Assembly: GCA_002269645.1 (NCBI GenBank)
Contig: NIVC01005225.1
Coordinates: forward strand, 1 to 20,158
DNA: 20,158 nt
Reading direction: 5' to 3'
From: Macrostomum lignano
Taxonomy: Eukaryota
Under the pieces are notes generated by a model. The model was not told the DNA's origin. It made no database searches and saw only the letters and a list, made by a program, of their open reading frames with translations. A program made the position numbers and the translations under genes. Within the stretch, counting starts at the first letter, position 1. Each line of letters starts with the position of its first letter. This document shows, one piece after another, positions 9,736-20,158 of the stretch.

Positions 9736-10872
9736 GTCGATCCTGATTGTTATCTTCATAGATTGCAAGAAAGCATTAATTTCGACTCGGTCGTCAGGTC
9801 TGTGCTCCCAAATGTGCTCCGTGCGTACAGCGTGCCAGAGCAGCTGATTTCCGCCATCATGGCGATGTACCCTGATACGAAAGCTGCTGTTTCAACACCG
9901 GACGGCCTATCGGACTTCTTTGAGACATCCTCCAGAGTGCTTCAGGGAGATACGCTTGCGCCGTTTCTGTTCGTTCTGGTGCTTGACTCGGCGCTGCGGA
10001 CCGCTCTTCCTACCAACGACGATGGCTTTCTGTTGCGGCGACGCGAGGGTCGACGTCAACCGGAGAGGCGGCTCAGCGTGCTTGGCTACGACGACGATCT
10101 CGCCCCGTTGTCCTCAACTGTCAAGGGCGCCAAAGCGACAACTGGACAAGCTAGTTGCTGTTGCGGCGAGTCTCGGCCTGGTGGTCAACACGCAGAAGAC
10201 CGTCGTGCTCTACGTGCCGGACGACATCGAGGCTGCGATTTGGTGCCGAGGCGCTGATGAACAGGCGACAGAGCTTCCGCGTTGTCAGCAGTTCGTCTAC
10301 CTCGACAATCTGGTTCCCGGTGTCCGCGAGGATTTGCGGCGTCGCCGCGGGCTTGCCTGGGCTGCCTTCCGCTCTGTGAGGGCAGTCCTGCAGTCCGAGG
10401 CCGTACCTGACCGCTAGAGGGCGGCGTTGTTCCAGGCGGTGGTCGAGACCGTCCTGCTGTACAACGCCGAGACCTGGACGCTGACGGAGTCGCTCGAGCA
10501 GCAAGTTGACGCGGCGCACGCTGGCCTGCTGCGCGCCGCCTTCAAGATCGGCTACGAGCGAGTGACCAACGCGGCTTTGTATCGCCGCACCAGCCTGGTC
10601 CGTCCAAGCGACCTGTTGCGCCGTCGGCGACTCCAGCTGGCAGGCCACATCATCCGAGCCGAGCCGTACTGCCCAGAGCCGCTGCAGGAGGTGCTGCTGC
10701 TAACGCTGCAGGCACCCTACCGGCGGGGGCAGGCGCGCACTCGGCGTTTCGTCGACTGCCTGCTGGCTGACGCCGGCGCCCCGGATTCGGCCGGCGGCGT
10801 GGCGTTCGTTCGCGACCCGACCTGGCCTTGAGGCGCGCCCTGTGATGCTAACTACGTATTCTGTTGTTGTTG
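9736..10872 (+). mobile_element. 5'-truncated, decayed non-LTR retrotransposon (RTE-like reverse transcriptase C-terminal half plus 3' UTR)
   Basis: Translated motifs IFIDCKKA(F)DSV, VLQGDTLAPFLF, LGYDDD (degenerate YADD), GLVVNTQKT, FVYLD (YLG) and VLLYNAETWTLT, with frameshifts and an in-frame TAG (10415-10417). A (GTT)n tail lies at 10863-10874. The direct repeat TTCAGGGCGCCA at 9724-9735 and 10873-10884 is the target-site duplication. Confidence 0.92.
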
Positions 10873-11039
10873 TTCAGGGCGCCAAAATGAGTTCTAACAA
10901 CACCGATTCTCAAAATAATGCACATCTATGAATTTAGTCATGTACATGTACATGTAGAATCATTGGCTTTGTCCCCCCCCACCATAAAATCGAAATACAC
11001 GGATACGAAACAATAGCTACATGTATTGATCCGTATTGA

Positions 11040-11236
11040 CTCTGCATTGCTTCAGTTCAACTGGGTGCCGCATTAGCTGGGGTAATTGAGGGTGTGTGTG
11101 TGTGTGTGGCGACCCCCCCACACAGTCCTTGGACTGAACAGCCGTACGCAGCCTTCAAATGCACCGCGCAATAGCTGCGGCTGAGCTGTCGGTTGCACAT
11201 CTGCATGCTCATTAGAGTAGGAGCAATCAATAATTA
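11040..11236 (+). mobile_element. 5'-truncated copy of the same SINE family
   Basis: CTCTGCATTGCTTCAGTTCA...GCATTAGCTGGGGTAATTGAGGG...CAGTCCTTGGACTGAACAGCCGTACGCAGCCTTCA...GCGCAATAGCTGCGGCTGAGCTGTCGGTTG is nearly identical to 12067-12195. Confidence 0.85.
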
Positions 11237-11451
11237 CTTTTATTGTTATTATTCACACAGTTACCGTTTGTTTATTTTTCAGTTTAAAACGTGTTTTAAA
11301 GACGACATTTGGCATTGTGTTTTTTATAATTACGTGTACATACATTATCCTAGACACTTCTGTTTAATGCATTGCATTAATGTACTACAAGTTATGTAAG
11401 ACTAATAAAAAAGAGTTGTATAAAAGGAAATTGGCTAATTTGGACCAAAGT

Positions 11452-17120
<5,669 letters not shown>

Positions 17121-17254
17121 CAATTGTTTTAATAACCTCTGAAGTCGCAACTTGTGTCAATGTTCAGCAGTAAAAATGATTTTTAAAAATATCTAACACT
17201 AGTATTTTATAGCTTTGCCTGGGTTCTGAAGTATTGTACCCTTTTGTTCTATGG

Positions 17255-17667
17255 CAGGGGTCGGCAAACTTTCGTCTCAAGGGCCAGATAGAGAACCTGA
17301 AGCATGACTGCGGGCCTGAGGAGGGAGAGAGAAAATGGAATAGAGAAGAGAGATAGGAGATAGGAGAAAGGAGAGAGGAGAGGAAAGGAGAGGATAGGAG
17401 AGAAGAAGAGAGAAGAGAGGGGAGGAGAGGATAGGAGATGAGAGGAGAGGAGAGAAGGAAGGAGAGGAGAGGAGAGGAGAGAGGAGAAAAATAAGTGTGA
17501 GGAGAAGGGAGAGGAGAGATTAGAGAAAAGAGAAGAGGTGATTAGAGAGAAGAGAGCTGAGAAGAGACACAAACCGTGAGCGGGCCGCATTGCTATTGTG
17601 AAGTTTCAAAGGAACCGATCGAGGGTCGGATAGAGAGGCTTCGCGGGCCGGAGTTGGCCGACCCCTG
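17255..17667. mobile_element. hAT-type (Charlie/Buster-like) MITE, 413 bp, with internal purine-rich expansion
   Basis: 16-bp TIRs CAGGGGTCGGCAAACT (17255-17270) and AGTTGGCCGACCCCTG (17652-17667) with one mismatch. The 8-bp flanks TTCTATGG and ATTTATGG match at 6/8 positions, consistent with an aged hAT TSD. Subterminal GGGCC(A/G)GA and GCGGGCCG motifs are present, with a GA-rich low-complexity core at ~17320-17570. Confidence 0.85.
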
Positions 17668-17779
17668 ATTTATGGTTTTCGGTAGTAAGACTTTCGGCAG
17701 CAACTCAACTGTTTGCCCGGCTGTTTTTTTATATTGTTTGCCGGGAAATTAGCGGAAGCATTTGGCTAGAGGAAAGAAT

Positions 17780-18160
17780 CGAAAAGTGACAACCACGAAC
17801 ATTTGTTGCCAGAAAAGCAACAAAAAAGTAATTTTTTTCCTCCGATAATGATGTCTACCTGGCGATTGATGGACGTGGATTCCAGGTGCCGTTGAATTGC
17901 CGCACAAAAACAGATGAGAGACATCGGCGCGTAGCATGTTCCATCCCTGCTTTCGAAGAGATGAATAAAAAATATTCAGATCGATTAGGAATCGATCCGT
18001 GGTACACGCTCAAACTCCTGGGAGAGCCCCTGCTTTTTGAGGAACTGGTGGAGCCTTTTCGTTGAGTCTCGGTTGATTTCGGCACACATTCATTCTCAAC
18101 CCGGTCCAGAATTTGCAGATCTGTGCTGGTTAGCTCAGGCAGCACTTGGATACTGGATGA
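17780..18160 (-). pseudogene. Decayed Crypton/DUF3504-type tyrosine-recombinase N-terminal fragment
   Basis: Stitching frames gives ELTSTDLQIL...VPKST..RDSTKRLHQFLKKQGLSQEFERVP...LNIFYSSLRKQ-DGTCYAPMSLICFCAAIQRHL (17903-17883)...RQVDII...QMF. This fits the recalled FY..LRKKDG..Y...SL....AAIQRHL....I.II signature of DUF3504/KCTD1/ZMYM-related Crypton proteins. It needs several frameshifts, and no catalytic domain is seen. Confidence 0.6.
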
Positions 18161-18930
18161 TGCATCCAAATTGTTCATCTACAAAGCTCTTGCTCCACTC
18201 TCGGGTGACAAAAGCCAACTCGTCCGTGGAGAGTCGAATATTTCTCCGCCAGGAATGTTTTGGTAGCGACAGTCATAGCTTGTTTTTCCATTGGTTATTT
18301 AAATGAAAGCTCAAACTCCACTAGAGAATCAATTTATGACAGTTAGGCCGTCACCTTCACTGTCCTTTCCAATTACCATAGACGATTGACTGATTAGCTT
18401 TACCGCTATTTCAAAGTGCCATAGACAGCAGAATTGACTAGAAATCCGGCAACAATCGTACGAGTATTTCACAAGGACCACTAGAAGAAGAAGGACGGGA
18501 CACTTCGTTTCTTGGAAAATTTATTAAAGGCTGATTTTCACGGAAAAATGCACTAGCGAGATAGGAACTTTTTACATTTTTTTCACTTTAAAATGGTGAT
18601 AGCTTCTTATTAGAAGCAGATATAAAGCTCTTCTTTTGATATAACTTATAAAACATGTTGCTTCAAAGGATTTTATAAATATTCTTTCATGAGTTATTTT
18701 TATTTAGTTTAAAGTCGCTCATGAATTCTTTTACAACTTTCAATCCGAATAAATACTTAATCAGGTTTCAGTATATTCAGTTTGATTTGTTTAAAATGTT
18801 GAAAGTTCAGAACGCATTTGTGCCAAAAATACCTTCATTTAACAACTACTAATAGTAGACAGAACGTAGAACTTCAAATAGATGATTTATTAAAACGTAA
18901 ATATACAGCTAAATATACAGGCACACGTAA

Positions 18931-19365
<435 letters not shown>

Positions 19366-19467
19366 GAGTGACCAAAAAGTTGAGAAATTTCAAACAAATC
19401 ATAAATTTGATCTGCTACATTAACCAGTTATCGAGTTGCTTGAGTACGCATAATACGTCGAACTTCC

Positions 19468-19799
19468 CTACCACAGGCTGGTTAGCACTGAAGCTACCAA
19501 AATAAATTCAGCCAGAGCCAGCAGTGCCAGCACCAAACCATACTACTTTCAGCACTAGGCTTTGTAGCCGTTAAATACTCGTCAGAGCTCCAGCGACCAT
19601 TTAGCCATCCGTTGTTGATGAAGCGCGCAGCCTCCGGCCAGGCGTGTCGCCCTACCAGACGATACTGAGCGGGCAGGCAGGGCTGACACCAGCATCGGAG
19701 CGCCAGGCCCAGCGATCGGTGCTGCAGCAGCAGCGACAGCAGGCGCGGTCTGCAGCCAATTTCGTCGGCAAGCATGTCCATGACGTCGAGCCAGTGAGT
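19468..19799 (-). CDS. Terminal exon of a flavin-containing monooxygenase (FMO, dimethylaniline monooxygenase family); upstream exons lie beyond the window
   Basis: After acceptor TTAATTTCAG| the exon reads THWLDVMDMLADEIGCRPRLLSLLLQHRSLGLALRCWCQPCLPAQYRLVGRHAWPEAARFI. This matches the recalled FMO C-terminal motif YM.ELA..IG..P.LL.L....P.LAL..F.GPC.P..YRL.GP..W..AR.AI. The stop is at 19494 as read; a -1 shift near 19541 gives a hydrophobic tail YGLVLALLALAEFILVASVLTSLW* ending at 19468. Confidence 0.85.
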
Positions 19800-20158
19800 C
19801 TGAAATTAATGAGTTGCGCAAATATTTAACGGATGCTGCTCGGGTTCGATGACCACATTCATTTTGGGGCTTGTGCGCTCGAAAATGGGCTAGCAGGTGA
19901 GCTGTCGAGCAATTCACAGCCACGAGGCCCAACCCCCAAGGCACAAGGTGTACATGTCTAACGATTACAAGGTCAAAGGGCCGCTGTACACACCCTGTCT
20001 GAGCATCTGTATGAGTGCGTACCTGCGTACAGTAATTGTATTGTATGTGCTCAGGGGTCAGCGCAATGGAAGGAACTGTCTCAGCGGGCAATGTGTGTAG
20101 AATGGGACCCCTCAGAAGCGCACAGGCTCATCAACAGGAACGCAACAGTTGGTTGCAG

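Noticed and set aside
5243-10648. Antisense or alternate-frame ORFs 5122..5340, 5243..5602, 5352..5594, 5668..5895, 8164..8349, 8288..8506, 10151..10648
   Set aside because: They overlap better-supported coding frames and are expected shadows in GC-rich exons.
19605-19793. Plus-strand exon-like ORF (TTTAG|...CCA|GTGAGT, Q-rich)
   Set aside because: It is the antisense shadow of the FMO exon, whose minus-strand translation matches a known family.

Overview
Eukaryotic, intron-containing and very repeat-rich genomic DNA from an invertebrate. The GC-rich exons and long (TCTG)n/(CTAA)n tracts suggest a free-living flatworm such as Macrostomum, which is inference only. Most long ORFs in the supplied track are artefacts of tandem repeats; the real genes had to be rebuilt by hand across introns and single-base indels. 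Plus strand: an intronless COA8/APOPT1-like gene (2850-3315) followed by a 3-exon NUDT6-like Nudix hydrolase (4312-6186). Minus strand: the last exon of a flavin-containing monooxygenase (19799-19468), a decayed Crypton/DUF3504-type recombinase fragment (~18160-17780), a 5-exon FAM187-like Ig membrane protein (17120-11452) with an unusual ~115 aa cationic insertion in its first Ig domain, and an orphan ORF (8552-8037). Mobile DNA: four copies of one tRNA-derived SINE family (two forming a fold-back in NUDT6 intron 1), a 5'-truncated RTE-like LINE with a target-site duplication, and hAT-type MITEs. There are several mini- and microsatellites. No CRISPR, rRNA or true tRNA gene was found. Family assignments come from recalled motifs, not database searches.
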